A stretch of 64,000 nt of DNA, from contig CM082591.2 in the NCBI GenBank assembly GCA_040954595.2, forward strand, positions 5,549,009-5,613,008, read 5' to 3'. Shown piece after piece: positions 12,345 through 26,337 of this stretch. The notes under the pieces are model-generated. The model did not search any database, had not been told where the DNA came from, and saw nothing but the letters and a program-made list of their open reading frames with translations. The translations under genes were made by a program, and so were the position numbers. This DNA is from Balanoglossus misakiensis. Taxonomy: Eukaryota; Animalia; Hemichordata. Each line of letters opens with the position of its first letter. The stretch's first letter is position 1.

Positions 12345-13275
12345 TAGCTGCAATGATTGTAGCGGGTGCTGCTAGGTGCGACAGATCATTCTGGCAAACT
12401 TCCATTTCTTTCAGCTGAGCGTTTAAATTCAATTTTCGCCTGTCGTATTCGTCTTTCAGTTCTTTCAGAAGTTTGTCGCCGTTTTCTTGTATCAGACGAG
12501 TGAGTTCTTCAATTGTGTTACGGATGTGTTCTCTCAATTGGTCGCCTTCTCTCCTGAAGCTCTCGTCTAAGGATGTCGATACTTGGGTTACAGCTATCGT
12601 GCTCTCACTGACCTGAGTTTCTTTCGTTTTCACTTTGTCAATGGTCGTTAGCAAATCTTCGGTGTAGGCTTCGGCTGCCTGTTTCACACAACGGTACTGG
12701 TGATCGGGTTTGCAATGATCCAACGCCGTGCACTTCAGACAGATCGACTTGTCGCACGTATCGCAGTAGAATTCGATCTCGCAGTTTGGATGTTTGCTGC
12801 AGTAGATCGGTGGCTGAACGGAGGCGGGGTCGACCGACTTGGCGGTGCTGTATTCGTCCAGTGAAACGAGCCGGTGCAGTTTCGTCAACGGGACTTTTAC
12901 GTGTCCCCTGGAACAAACATCACACATTTCGAGCGAACACTCGACACAGTGCATGGTCCGAACGCCTTGCTCGCACAGTTCACACTTCATCGTTGACGTC
13001 GAAGTGTCTCGTTTATTAAGCAGTTCAACCAAATCGTTCAGAAAACCGCTGGTGTCGAAGCCGGACACGCCATTACCCGGAAGCTCGTGTGACCGCCGAC
13101 ATATTGGACAGTTTACAGCACCACGAGTTTTCTCTGCCAGCTTACCCAGACACGGCTCGCAGAAGGTGTGTAGACACGGTAGAATTTTCGCATTCTTGTA
13201 CCTCTCTGAACAGACAGCACAGAGGAGGAAATTCTCGTCGATTTCCGTTGCAACCCCAGAATCCTTGGCAGCCAT
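12049..13275 (-). CDS. Chimeric truncated TRIM gene A: RING, B-box1, B-box2, coiled coil (~298 aa) plus ~110-aa out-of-frame tail; no filamin/NHL
   Basis: ATG at 13275 (MAAKDSG). CAVC..PCLHTFCEPC..CPIC RING, CELC..HCVEC B-box1, CSKH..FYCDTC B-box2, then coiled coil. At 12380 the frame runs into the MITE end and an off-frame of TRIM-B. Confidence 0.8.
   Translation of the reverse strand: MAAKDSGVATEIDENFLLCAVCSERYKNAKILPCLHTFCEPCLGKLAEKTRGAVNCPICRRSHELPGNGVSGFDTSGFLNDLVELLNKRDTSTSTMKCELCEQGVRTMHCVECSLEMCDVCSRGHVKVPLTKLHRLVSLDEYSTAKSVDPASVQPPIYCSKHPNCEIEFYCDTCDKSICLKCTALDHCKPDHQYRCVKQAAEAYTEDLLTTIDKVKTKETQVSESTIAVTQVSTSLDESFRREGDQLREHIRNTIEELTRLIQENGDKLLKELKDEYDRRKLNLNAQLKEMEVCQNDLSHLAAPATIIAATVSRAWGGWPRKVALLPAQYVGDRTNFLIVAWQVLAVISSSMNWFNSSENERRVCQNLESAKAVVKGSALTTVWSVMLTCVVSVPVHTLNFGAQNRTG
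12345..12379. mobile_element. 35-bp left end of the 9-bp-TSD foldback MITE, cut at the duplication junction
   Basis: tagctgcaatgattgtagcgggtgctgctaggtgc is identical to 28425-28459. Confidence 0.9.
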
Positions 13276-13331
13276 GATCGCTCTGTTCGCTGATCGTCTG
13301 TTTACCGGACTCGTGACCTGGCTAGTTACCA

Positions 13332-13340
13332 TCACGTGAC
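13332..13340. promoter_or_regulatory. E-box/CLEAR-like motif (TCACGTGAC) ~60 bp upstream of the TRIM-A ATG
   Basis: Motif read directly. A perfect GTCACGTGAC sits at the equivalent position upstream of TRIM-B. Confidence 0.4.
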
Positions 13341-13599
13341 CAAATTCTACGAACTGTGCATTGACATTGTATTTCTACGAAAGGGGCTATACTATGGTCT
13401 TTCTTTTGTGCATATGGAGTTGAGAGATTTTGAAATTTAAGATTCGTGAACACAAATCAAAAGTATAATATTCGTTGTCCTCAGGTGAACTTTTAAATGA
13501 CCCGACGTGACCTCATATGACCTCCAGAACTGTACATGTACGTTGTATCTCATCTTTCTATTCCTATCAGGCCGAAATGTGGAAATGTGACGTGTAGGA

Positions 13600-13664
13600 T
13601 ACACACACACACACACACACACGCACACACACACACACACACACATACACACACACACACACAC
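13600..13664 (+). repeat. (CA)n microsatellite
   Basis: Read directly. Confidence 0.95.
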
Positions 13665-15468
13665 AACAAGACAGCATTGTGGTGGCGCTATGCACACGCG
13701 CCCTAGCTACATGTAAACCTGGGGTGCGTTCGACGCACAAAGCGTTTTGTGAATGCTTGCGCAGGGCGCTTTTGTACTTCGTCGAACGATCATTCTCGCC
13801 CCACCAGACTACGGATTTCTTTCGTTTCACTATCGAAATCACGTACTCTGGTTAAAATGGAGTACCGCGCTGGTATTTGAACATATTGGTAATGCATATT
13901 CATGAGATGACATCATTATAATCTGGCCAATCAAAGTGCACCTTCTTCGCTCTCACTCAGACTCAGAGCACTGCCACTGGAAGCCGCCATGTTGTTTAGA
14001 ATGAGATGTAATGAGATGCGTGAATGGGATGTAACAAGCAATCTGATTGGTTGTTGGATGTACTGTGAAAGCGCCTAGACCAAATACTGAATACATGGCC
14101 GTATTATACCACGGCCTTTTTGCGGGGAGCAGAGCGCTGCCGTAAAAGGGCCGTGGTTTGCGACGATGCTAACGATAGGCTTGTCAAATGGGGGCGTGAA
14201 AGGCATAATGGCGGCATATATAAAGCGACAAGCCTGTATGATACTTGTGCAACAATTTATAGACGATAGCGTCGGCATTGACGATGTGGATATATACAAA
14301 CCAACAAGCCGCTGCTAACTTAAACATAACATCCTCCCGTGATTTAGTATCAGCAGCGGCCGTTGGCAAGAATGTCCCTGTGCGCATATAAGGACATGAT
14401 TCCGGAAGTGCATACCACTTTTAAACCGTAGCGGCACAATTCATGTGAATTGGTGTATTGGTGGGGAAAAATACAAGCTTTCGCTTGGTAAAACTATCAC
14501 TACCTAAATCGACAAATATTCTGCAACTTCTTTGAAAATATGCCCTGCGAGTCGTACTTTGGCTAACATGTCCGCCATTTTGAATTAATGAGTTGTTCGC
14601 CGCGAGTCACCTCCGTCTTACGCCTTCCATTGTTACAAAACGTTCGCGAAAAACAATGACAAAAGATCGTTCGACATGAAAACGTTTCCGAACGTTGCCG
14701 AACGCTTCGTACGTCGAACGCACCCTGAATACATCTAAACCATCTACACGAACGGATCACAAACAGCGCCATCATTATCCGGGATTACGGCTGCTTTCTC
14801 CCTTTACCGTTATAAAGTTTCATCTCTCGATACACTTTGGGCGTTTTAGTAACAGAATCATAACAAGACTATATTCATTCATTTTTATTTTGACAAAACG
14901 ACATATATCGTAGGGTAAAAGTTGCCTTACTCATTTCTTTTACTCCCAGGAATAAGGAAATCAAATTAAATTGATGTGATATTACAGGGTCTCTATCTGT
15001 ACCACCTGGTTACACCTCACCCCGAAAAAAACACGTTTCTATTTGCATATATATTTTATTCCGATACCAAGAAATATTGTGTAACGGAACTCCAAAAATA
15101 ACGGCAGCGGATTTCTAATAATAAATTTACGTCTTTAATTGGTTTCATGGTCGGAAAACAACATGTTTAAATTATTTATAAGGCAACATGTTACTGGTAC
15201 AGAGAATTTTAAAATAAAACGTGTATCAGAAAATTTGTGAAGAATTTATACGGGTATTAGAAATAACGGCAAAGGCGTATTTGCTGGAAAGGAGAATTTG
15301 TTGATTCAGGCAGCAAAGATTGGGCTTCGGGAGATTTCTTAACTCTCGCCATATATATGGCTGGAAGGTACTAGACCCACACACTTTTTTCCAGTACGGT
15401 ATTTCAGTTCTGCTTGTATCCCTTCTGCACACTTATGAGTGCGAATTTCTGTGCTCGAGTACTGTTAA

Positions 15469-15971
15469 AGGTACATGCGCTGCAACTGGATAAAAAATTA
15501 AAGTTTTAAATAATCCCATATATTCTTTTAATTATGTCTATTAAATGATATTTCATGATAGCATATCAAGATCAACACTTATTTATGACAAAATTGGCAA
15601 AAATTAAAGAAAAATGAAAATTCCTGCAATTTTTTTTTTTAAAGTGCAATATTGCAATAAAAAATGAAAATCTGATGTCTCAGTGGTGTACATTTACTTC
15701 CATGAGCTCAAGTGGATGAGATCATGTTTTGTTTATGAAGTTTCATAACCGGAAATGCAACTTTTCATTGTTTCTTGCATTTTCCCACGGTGGCGGCCAT
15801 AATCGCTTGCGGCAAAGCTTTATTATTTATCTGGTTAAAACTTGCACATGCACTCATATTTAGGGTTTATAATGCTTGTGTATAGTTCACTGCCTTCATC
15901 TGCATGGACTAATGGTAGTGCAGTTTGAAAAAAATACGAAAATTATCCCAAAAGTTACAGCTTACGTGCCT
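15469..15971. mobile_element. Kolobok-like MITE, TTAA TSD
   Basis: ttaa|aggtacatgcgctgcaact ... agttacagcttacgtgcct|ttaa; imperfect TIRs. Confidence 0.65.
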
Positions 15972-16004
15972 TTAATGAACAAGCCAAGGTAGATGCACCC
16001 TTAA

Positions 16005-16344
16005 AGGGACAAAGTCTCTCTCTCGCTTCCCCTTTTTCCATTAATTATGTTTGATACACGACACCGTTCATGTTATTCTACATGTGGATATATAGTGAAT
16101 CAACATTCAACGACACACAACTTCCATCCCGTTTATAGGATATGAGAGTAAAAATCTCGCCAAAATGAATAAATGGTAAACACCGATTATTCATTTTGGT
16201 GAGTTTTTCACTCTCGTGTCTACAAGTTGGATGGAAGTTGTGTGTGGTTGAACGTTGATTCACTATATATAGAATAACATTAACAGTGTCTTGTATCAAA
16301 CATAATTAATGGGAAAAGGGCAGCGAGAGAGAGACTTTGTCCCT
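16005..16344. mobile_element. Full foldback MITE M1 (340 bp, TTAA TSD, Kolobok-like)
   Basis: ttaa|agggacaaagtctctctctcgc ... gcgagagagagactttgtccct|ttaa. The two halves are near-palindromic about aaaatgaataaatggtaaacaccgattattcatttt. Confidence 0.92.
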
Positions 16345-16703
16345 TTAAATGGATTATAGACGACAATTTCCCTTCCAGAACACAGAAACATACGAGATGG
16401 ACTTGGACCTCGTGGTGGTGGAATGTGTGCGGGAGGGAGGGTGTGTGTGTGTTGGGGGGGGGGGGGTGTATTGATCGCATTTCTCAACTGACAGCCTGCA
16501 TTTCCATGCGTCTTTGTCAAAGTTTATGAATCATTCAAGCAGTTCCTAAGTAATTATTCATGACAAAGCACAGTTGCGTAAATTGTAAACGGGCGCCTAA
16601 TTTGCTTAATGTTTGCATGCGATTTGTATACATATTTGAATCCGTGGAAAGTTCCCACAAGATGAATAGATTACTTTGCTTCATTTGTTATTGATTCAAT
16701 TTT

Positions 16704-17661
16704 TTTTTGGCTGCTGCATCAAATTAGAATTTTTGGCAGGCAACATATTTCTGCTCGGCGAGGCTTAATTAAGTGTTGTTTTCCAGTTATCGACGGGCTG
16801 AGAAGATATTATTTTGAATATAAACATACATATTGATAAAAAATTAAAAACAGACAACGAAATCTTAGCCTTTTCCATCAAGTATGCAGCAAGCTAATAA
16901 AAATTACTGCAACGTAAAAGTACATAGAATGAAGTGTGACAATATTTCAACTCTAAGTCCCGTTTAACAACAAATTCATCAAGTTCTCATTAATATACAC
17001 CAACACTAGGATCTATTAACACAGGCAATTTACAACCTGTTAATTAATACAGCCTTGTTATTCATAAAAAGGTAAATTCTCATGTTTGAAATATTTAAAA
17101 TGCACAGAATGAAGAAGGGCACCTGCATCTTTTTGGCTGCTGCATCAAATTAGAATTTTTGGCAGGCAACATATTTCTGCTCGGCGAGGCTTAATTAAGT
17201 GTTGTTTTCCAGTTATCGACGGGCTGAGAAGATATTATTTTGAATATAAACATACATATTGATAAAAAATTAAAAACAGACAACGAAATCTTAGCCTTTT
17301 CCATCAAGTATGCAGCAAGCTAATAAAAATTACTGCAACGTAAAAGTACATAGAATGAAGTGTGACAATATTTCAACTCTAAGTCCCGTTTAACAACAAA
17401 TTCATCAAGTTCTCATTAATATACACCAACACTAGGATCTATTAACACAGGCAATTTACAACCTGTTAATTAATACAGCCTTGTTATTCATAAAAAAGGT
17501 AAATTCTCATGTTTGAAATATTTAAAATGCACAGAATGAAAAAGGACACCTGCATCTTTTTTGGCTGCTGCATCAAATTAGAATTTTTGGCAGGCAACAT
17601 ATTTCCTGTTGTTTTCCAGTTATCGACGGGCTGAGAAGATATTATTTTGAATATAAACATA
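16704..17661 (+). repeat. ~427-bp tandem repeat, duplicate copy
   Basis: Same as 592-1549, offset 16112. Confidence 0.9.
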
Positions 17662-18506
17662 CAATCCATGATTATTTTCCAGAATGGTACGTGTATGCTG
17701 AAATCCACAGATATATCGATGTGTAGCTTTCCCTGGTTCATGCAATTACAATGAAAAGCCTGCTTTTAATTTTGACTTATGCAATGCGTATCAATGTCGT
17801 CAGCCTCTAGTTAGATACTGATACACCTTAAAAGGAGAGAAATTTATGCGTGAATTTTTAACACAATAATTACCGCTGGTCTATAAATATCCTTACTTTG
17901 AAACAAAGTTGTTAGTTGGTACGTCGACAAAGTCGTTTGTTCGACTTTCACAATCTGCTTGATAAACGGCGGCGAAAACGAAGGTATGTTTCTTGAAGCT
18001 TACACTATTCGGTAGTGTGGACCGAACTACATTGACTGTAGCAATGCAATAATGGAGCGAAGACATTTTGTAAAATAATGCCTTACTTTTGAAAAAAAAG
18101 TTTAATTTTGTACGTTTGCAAAGTGTCTTTTTCAACTCCCACCATCTTCTTGATACAAGCATTCGGTAAGGTTATTTGTATACGTGTTTATTACTATACA
18201 ATAGTGCAAGGTAACAAACAAAAACGACAATGTACATGTATGTAACTGCTTACAAACTTGTGACATAAAGAGTTGTAGGAAGCAAAATCTGCGACAAGAC
18301 TAAATGTATTTTAAAGTGGATATGCTATGGATGTGTACAGAAGGACCTTGTCTATAAGACCTGTAGAAATTTGATTACAGAAATAACAGGAACCGAATAA
18401 TGTGTTCTCTCTTTGAATGCTATTAAATTTCAGAAAGTATATTAATTCATTAATTGCAGTATGTCTGTCTTCAAAACTGCGTTTTTATAAGACTTTATAT
18501 GACATC

Positions 18507-19397
18507 ATGGCATTTCAGGCGATCATGATCACATCGCACTCCGCGGCGATTTGGTTTGGCATGTTTGCATTACTTGTGGCGCAGATCACAGCTGCCAGCA
18601 CAAACAAGAGGAAGATTGAGGAAGAGCGAAGAATCCGTGCACTGCGTCCGAGCTTCGTCAAACGTGAACATCAAGCTCCACTGATTCACGCTGGAGACGA
18701 GAAGATAGACGAGGAATACATTGTAAAACTGAGGGTTAGTAGATGTTGTGGCGGACACACACGTCTCCCAATTAATCTTCTGTGTTGAAAGGTCATGTGT
18801 TCACAGCTGACGCTATGTTTCCAGATAAGCAATGCCGGACAAAGACAATCAAAACATTCTCTATATATTTCAATAAAATTATTTACTTCTACAGGTATGG
18901 ATGGGCCTTAGTTCTCCCACAGCCTATATACGGTTCGCTACAAGGCTCTTGACATGTTACACACTGATGAACTCCCGTCGCTAGGAGATGCACCATAATG
19001 TTTTGTGCAGACTCGCAGGCCAGGTTTCACTCGGCCATTAAGACCCATCGTTAAATCCGACAATATGTCTGCGCAGGCAACGAAAGGGTCTGTGAGTCAA
19101 AGACGGGCCTATAAATCCAAGTCGAATGAACAACTATTGACTTACTACACTTATCACTTGATTTGCAACACTTCGCACAATCAATACATATTATCTCATT
19201 TCATTCAGGACGACCTTACTGATAATGAATTAGGCGAATTCGAAGACAAATTTCAAGCACTTTCTGAAGAACATGGCTGGCACATTGATTTTCAAATTAA
19301 TGTGACACAATTGATGAAAGGATTTGTCGCCAGAATTCCCAGTGGAGCAGTTGATATAGTATGTGTCCATTTTGTTGTCATTAATTCCAACGGCCAA

Positions 19398-19428
<31 letters not shown>

Positions 19429-19468
19429 TGTATGTATGTATGTATGTATGTATGTATGTATGTATGTA

Positions 19469-19499
<31 letters not shown>

Positions 19500-19516
19500 A
19501 TGTATGTATGTATGTA

Positions 19517-19595
<79 letters not shown>

Positions 19596-22500
19596 ATGTA
19601 TGTATGTATGTATGTATGTATCATCCTCTTCTTATTTTCATTCAGCTCCGTTGGCTGGATGAGGTAGAGTTTGTTGAAGAAGACGAAGTTGTCCATGGAA
19701 ATGTAGAGTGGGGTTTGGACAGGATTGATCAGGCAAATCTGCCTTTGAATAACGTTTATTCAAGACGACTAGGTAAGTCAGGGACCCTCTTTGCAGTTAA
19801 CCTTACACGCAGGTTGTACGTGATTAAGTGTTCGGCGTTGGAAGTTTGTTTATTCATATACGACGATCTTCTTAACAATTAATTTGCGGTAATCATATGT
19901 ACTACATTTATATTCTCTTAGAAATACCACATTTAACTTAAAATATCCATTGTTTTTTTCGCCAGCTTCGTTTGTTAAGTGAATTATTAACCAAGTAATT
20001 GTTGTGACCATCGCTTACTCAGTTAGCCTTAAGTATGCGTGTAATCACTTTTTCATCATTCTTATTTTCTGTTCTGTAAAGGGGACGGCAGTGGCGTGTA
20101 TGTCTTTGTTTTTGATACTGGCATACGTTATTCTCACAGCGAGTTTGGTGGTAGAGCACATCCATTTTTCGATGCCTTTTCAGATGGACAAAATGTAAGA
20201 TGCTCTATATAATACCACTGTCTGAGTAACATATGGTAAAATGTAAATGCCTCCGTGTCGAATTAAATATACATATTGTGAGAACATTCGTTTTTAAGAA
20301 ATATATTTCCGGAACACAGGTTCAACTTAAACTGTTGCGTCCACTGTATATTTATTTTTTTCAGAAATAATCTTTGGGCTGCAAAAGAACTATTTTGCAA
20401 AAATGTCTTACCAGTTTAAATCAATTCAGTTGATTAACACAATTTACAAAATATAAATTGCATTACTTCATGAAAAGAGACTACTAAGGTTTTTCTGTGT
20501 TCAAAATTACTGTTGTCGCTGGCCCCTGTTTGAGGAGTTATATGTATTGATAACATTCGTGTGTATAATACTTATATCGTTGGCCTATGTTTTATACAGG
20601 GAAACGACTGTACAGGACATGGTACTCACTGTGCAGGTACTATTGGTGGGAGCACTGTTGGTGTTGCACCTGGTGTTACGCTGTTTTCTGTTCGCGTTTT
20701 GGACTGTTGGGGAAGTGGGGCTTGGAGCGGCGTTATTGAAGGTGAGGGTACAATTACAAAAAAGATACATTGCAATTTTAATGCAAGGCGTACGGCAAAT
20801 TAGACATTCATAACATCCGGGTCCTCAACACTTATCCCTGCAGGCATGGATGCAGTCGCTGGTTCCAATATGGGACCAGCATTGGTCTCCATGTCGCTGG
20901 TCGGTTGGCGCAACTGGGCCACGAATTTGGCAGTCAAACGGTTAACCGATGCTGGGTACATCGTAGTCGTTGCTGCTGGAAACGATAAGAGAGACGCCTG
21001 TACCAAGTCACCTGCATCGGCTCCTGAGGTAATACATTTGAAGTCTGGCAAAATCAATTAGAATATTTTGAGGCATGACTCCAAGCAGAAAAGTGACATA
21101 CGATCACCAAGAGTATGCGTGCCATCTTAGGAAAGGAATAAAATGCAGGTGTTAACGCCCAGTGTGTATAGTTTTATCTGTTTTTAGCTAGCTCAGCAAA
21201 GTCACCTCCAATTCTTGTGAGTTCTGATTTTGATTTCACCGTGAAGTATCCGTATAGCGACGGTTAAAGTACCGTTCGCTCCATTGTACATGTGTTCATT
21301 TCTGAAAATATCCTGCCCACGTCCATTGTCACGCACTGTGTGTCGTACATGTACATGTACATGACCAGACTATACCATAACTGACTGATAGTTGGCAACT
21401 ATTTCTGTATGTTACAGGCAATTACGGTGGGAGCCACTCAATCTAACGATGCTTTAGCTGGGTATTCTAATTACGGCAGCTGTGTTAATATTCTGGCACC
21501 AGGAAGTGACGTCAGAAGTGCTTGGCACACTGGGGACGCCAGCTACAACACTATTAGTGGAACCTCGATGGCAACTCCTCACGTTACTGGTAAGAGTGTC
21601 TTGATATATTCTGGGGTCTTCATGTATTCTCAGGGTATGCTGTAAGCAAATATATGTAAACTTAAGATGGGTCCCTGGGATCTTTTTGCCCGTTGCTATG
21701 GGCCTTTATAGGACATTACACCCCGATTTGGACTAAGACGTTTTCAGAGTCTAACAAGGGGCTGGTAACTGGTTGAAAATCTGCACGATTGTGAGCGCGC
21801 GCCCCCTGACGCCATTGATATGCAAATTAGTTAGGTCAAATTTCAAAAGCCTAAGGCTTTTTATTCCGTGACCTCAAAAACGAACTTGATACGTATTCAT
21901 TAGTTGCTTGAACCAGGGAAGATCGTGACGGATTTTGTTTTCGAATATTATCGTTGTATCCTACGATTTCAGCATACCCGTACCACACCTGAAAAAGTCA
22001 TCGATTTTGGGTGTTTTTGGACGCACTCTTCCACTGGTATCGCTTCTTAGCACGACGAAAACCGAAAAAACGATCCGTCACACTATGCGGAAGTGCGTTC
22101 TCAACAAGCAGGTCAAATTTGGCTGGCCTACGTCGCCTGTGAAAAAAGCCTTAGGGATTTTCGTGAACGGTACAAAATCTCTGTGTACAAAACATTGGAT
22201 TTTTAGCGTTCGATCCAGTTACTGTGGTTACAGGACGCGCACGCTATCGCTGACCGCTGATTTGCCGTATTAGCGTGGCGGCCTATGGCCGGGCGGTAGC
22301 TGCCGTAAACATACTCAGACAGGGGGTGTGCACACAATCGTGCGTATTTTTAACTAGTTACAAGCCCCTTGTCGGACGTTCATAACGGTTTCGATCAAAA
22401 TTGAGTGTAGTGTCCTATAAAGGGCCATAGCAACGAGCAAAAAGATCCTAGGGACCCATCTTAACAAATTGCTCTCTATTTCTTCAAGGTGTTGCCGCCC

Positions 22501-23571
22501 TGTACCTTCATTCGGAGCCATTTCTCACACAATCGACGATGTTAAACCGGTTGTTGGACACTGCCCAAACAGGAAAAATTGACATGTCCAGTGTGGCTCC
22601 GAGTTGGAGATCTGCAACCCCGAATAAACTTCTAAATATTGCCCCACTTGGTGAGTTGAATCATGGTTTGTTTCAATTGGAGCCCTTTACGTCATTGTAA
22701 TGGACGTGCTCAATTCGGACTCCATAAAGTCAAGTACATTCGCTTAATTACCATACGAGGTAGCAAGCACCCGCTTGCATATCCGATGATTGATGAACGA
22801 AAGAGCGCCAGCACTCCACTGAAATTTAAGTCAAATGTTCTAGCTGCATTGACTACAGACGTGAGTAATATAAATTTTTCAGTCTGGCATTTTATTATTA
22901 CAACAATGAAGGCGCACTTTTAAATACCTGTAGGAATAATATGATTGCCAATGGTTACAATTCTCAAAAGCCTACACATATTCTCTGAACTACCTATATA
23001 TAGGTCTACGTGCCTACATACATACATACATACATACATACATACATACATACATACATACATACATACATACATGCATGCATGCATGCATGCATGCATG
23101 CATGCATGCATACATACATACATACATACATACATACATACATACATACATTCATACATACATACATACATACATACATACATACATACATACATACATA
23201 CATACATACATACATACATACATACATACATACAACATACACAGACAGACAGACAGACAGACAAAGAGATTTTGGTACAATGCACCATATTATTAATATT
23301 AATCTTTCCTTTAGATTCCCGACAATTGTGTGAGAATACCTGCTCGTTGAGAGGAGATGGCGAATGCAATGATGGTGGACCCTATTCGCAATTGGCCGAC
23401 TGCAGATTTGGAACCGATTGTGATGACTGTGGACCACGCTCATTTTTGTGCACGAATACATGCTATTGGAGAGAAGATGGCAAATGCGATGACGGTGGGC
23501 CCAATTCGCAATACAGCGGCTGCGACTATGGAACCGACTGTGATGACTGTGGACTCCGCCCTCCACGTTGA
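18507..23571 (+). CDS. S8 protease, copy 2 (coding exons appear identical to copy 1)
   Basis: Exons 18507-18734, 19209-19358, 19646-19772, 20082-20194, 20600-20741, 20844-21028, 21418-21589, 22489-22650, 23315-23571; same motifs as copy 1. Confidence 0.92.
21666..22460. mobile_element. Kolobok-like element, duplicate of 5566-6360
   Basis: Same TIRs and TTAA TSD. Confidence 0.85.
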
Positions 23572-23658
23572 GTCAGCCTTCACTGAACGTCCACAGGGAA
23601 GATAGACGTCCTTTGTGGTTACACTGCGATGCATGAAAAAAAAATGACAATATATTTA

Positions 23659-23953
23659 AGCAATAAAACACCCCCAGCCATGGTATACCACGAGATTTTG
23701 ACCAGTTCACGACATATACGCACGAGCGATAATTGAACTGGTCAAAATCGAGTGGTATACCATGGCTGGGGGTGTTTTATTGCTATTATATTATGCCAGT
23801 ATATTGAAACTTTGCATAAAACATTTTAAAAAGGCATTTTCTTTGACTATGATATATGACTGTGGTATATGGCTAATATATCACGGTCACGTGTCGTGTC
23901 TCGACCAATCAAATAGCGTGATTTACACCATCAATATACTGGTATAATATAAT
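23659..23953. mobile_element. Double-hairpin element, duplicate of 7559-7853
   Basis: Same sequence, offset 16100. Confidence 0.55.
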
Positions 23954-24494
23954 AGGATTTTTGACCCTTTTCACCTTTCTCTGCAGTATGACAGTATTGC
24001 GAATATGACTTCTGAATGAGGCTACCGTCTCTGGTGGCTATCGTTGGAATTGGTATTATCTTTTGGGAATAAACCTATTATTGCATTGATATGTTGTCAT
24101 GGCATTAATACACTTATTTATTTCGTCAAAAGTTACAAACTTACGTGTACATATACTTCACAACGCCAGGAAATTGATAGAAAACCCACAAAAATATTTA
24201 TCCTATAGTATGGACAATATTATCTGCTATGTAGCTGTTGGTGCACCAGGTATAAATACGCTTTATGTGCATCTATATTTCAACTTTCCAATTTTAGTCA
24301 ATAAGTTCGGATGTAGTTTGAATACATGAAATGAAGTACTACAAATGTAGATGGCCTTTACATGGCCACGACAAAATGACATTTGTGAAGCAAATGATCT
24401 CACACGACAGGAAAACATCACTGTCTCACAAGAGAGAACTGTGTGTGTGTGTGTGTTCATTGTTGCGTTAATTGTAAACGGGCGCCTAATTGGC

Positions 24495-24890
24495 TTAACT
24501 GACCATCTCCACTTCCTCCTGAGCCGAATTTATACCGGAAGTTGCCATCGCTGTCAAATACTAGAATTCGCAGACAAACCCCGGGAAGTAAAACTTTCCA
24601 ACCCTTTCTCCCAAATAGCCTACCCAAACTGTTTGATGTGATTTCCGTCTCGGTCAAACATGTGAACTCTTAGTGCTCCGATACGACCATAACAGACAAG
24701 CGGTCAGTTCACTTCTCCCTTGGGCCTATTTGATCTGTCTGCCATTTTCATCACAGACAATCACCTGTTCATTTTTGCCATCGACTACATACATGTTGCC
24801 ATCATCTGATATGACTACATCACAAAGTTTGCATCTGGTACCTCGCTTATCTTGCACCTCAGCCGCCATCTTGGGGTCTCTCAGCCCACC
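24495..24890 (-). pseudogene. NHL relic, duplicate copy
   Basis: Same as 8395-8790. Confidence 0.8.
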
Positions 24891-24893
24891 CTT

Positions 24894-25093
24894 ACACACA
24901 CACATACATACATACATACATACATACATACATACATACATACATACATTCATACATACATACATACATACATACAGACAAACAGACAGACAGACATACA
25001 TACATACATACATACATACATACATACATACATACATACATACATACAGACATACATACATACATACATACATACAGACAGACATACATACAT

Positions 25094-25124
<31 letters not shown>

Positions 25125-25177
25125 TACATACATACATACATACATACATACATACAGACAGACAGACAGACATACAT

Positions 25178-25220
<43 letters not shown>

Positions 25221-25241
25221 TACATACATACATACATACAT

Positions 25242-25280
<39 letters not shown>

Positions 25281-25281
25281 T

Positions 25282-25312
<31 letters not shown>

Positions 25313-25501
25313 TACAGACAGACAGACAGACAGACATACATACATACAGACAGACAGACAGACAGACATACATACATACATACATACATACATACATACA
25401 TACATACATACAGACAGACAGACAGACAGACATACATACATACAGACAGACAGACAGACATACATACATACATACATACATACATACATACATACATACA
25501 T

Positions 25502-25560
<59 letters not shown>

Positions 25561-25564
25561 AACA
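24894..25564 (+). repeat. (CATA)n/(CAGA)n microsatellite, duplicate copy
   Basis: Read directly. Confidence 0.97.
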
Positions 25565-26337
25565 ATCTTCAAGGATTGTGTTTTTATTTACACTACGATA
25601 AAATAACAAGAATACTCTGACAATGGGCGGCCAATCTAAACTGATTGTATGTACACTTAATGAACACATATCCTTTTGTTAATATACGTACATATGGTCA
25701 TTGAACTAAAGTTTAACTTAATTTATGAAATTAAACTGGAATAGTCATTTCTACTGGGTTCTTTTTGGTTCAATGTGAATTGTATTTTGGTATTCCTTGT
25801 ATAAACCCCGATTATACATTGTGTACTGTTTTCTAAAAACGGGGTTGATATTCAGTATGGGTGATTGTCATTATAAGATGAATTTATGCTGTGTGTTGAT
25901 GATTCAATTCATATCAAGGTAGTGATGAGGTCGATGATATTGCAGATGACAACACTGCAAGACGTTGCCTCTACTATAACATGGCATTTCAGAAAGTTTT
26001 TAAATGTTCTACACTACACACAAAAAAACGAACAAGATTGTAGACGCTATACATGATAGAAATATCCATGTGCAAGTCGTACACGCAAAACAACAATCGA
26101 CGAATTTAACTCACATGGACATTGAATATGAGATAACTGTGTGTCATTATCGCCGCAGAAATATACATTTCATGTGAAAGAACTACATATAATACACATT
26201 ATTGATATAATCGAATTGTCATATATCTACATGACATGAATTAACTTCACTATGAAGCCTATAATATTCTATGTTTATGCATGTTTCTGATTAATAATTG
26301 GCCTATGTTCTGTTCTGGCAATACACAATTCAACTTC

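Larger units (their letters stand above)
1..12379 (+). repeat. Tandem segmental duplication, visible part of copy 1 (matches 16112-28459)
   Basis: Sequence at 1 recurs at 16112, and the ORF track repeats with offsets 16111/16112/16100/16080. Identity ends at ...gctaggtgc (12379 vs 28459). I noticed only two substitutions (2728 a vs 18840 c; 6813 t vs 22913 c) plus homopolymer and microsatellite length changes. Confidence 0.97.

Noticed and set aside
12049-12379. In-frame double-RBCC fusion of TRIM-A with TRIM-B
   Set aside because: After the 35-bp MITE remnant the TRIM-A frame is out of phase with TRIM-B (it reads TVSRAW rather than CEPCLG).
14108-14157. GC-rich hairpin as a possible ncRNA or terminator
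   Set aside because: An isolated imperfect stem, more likely part of an unresolved repeat; no tRNA or snRNA hallmarks.
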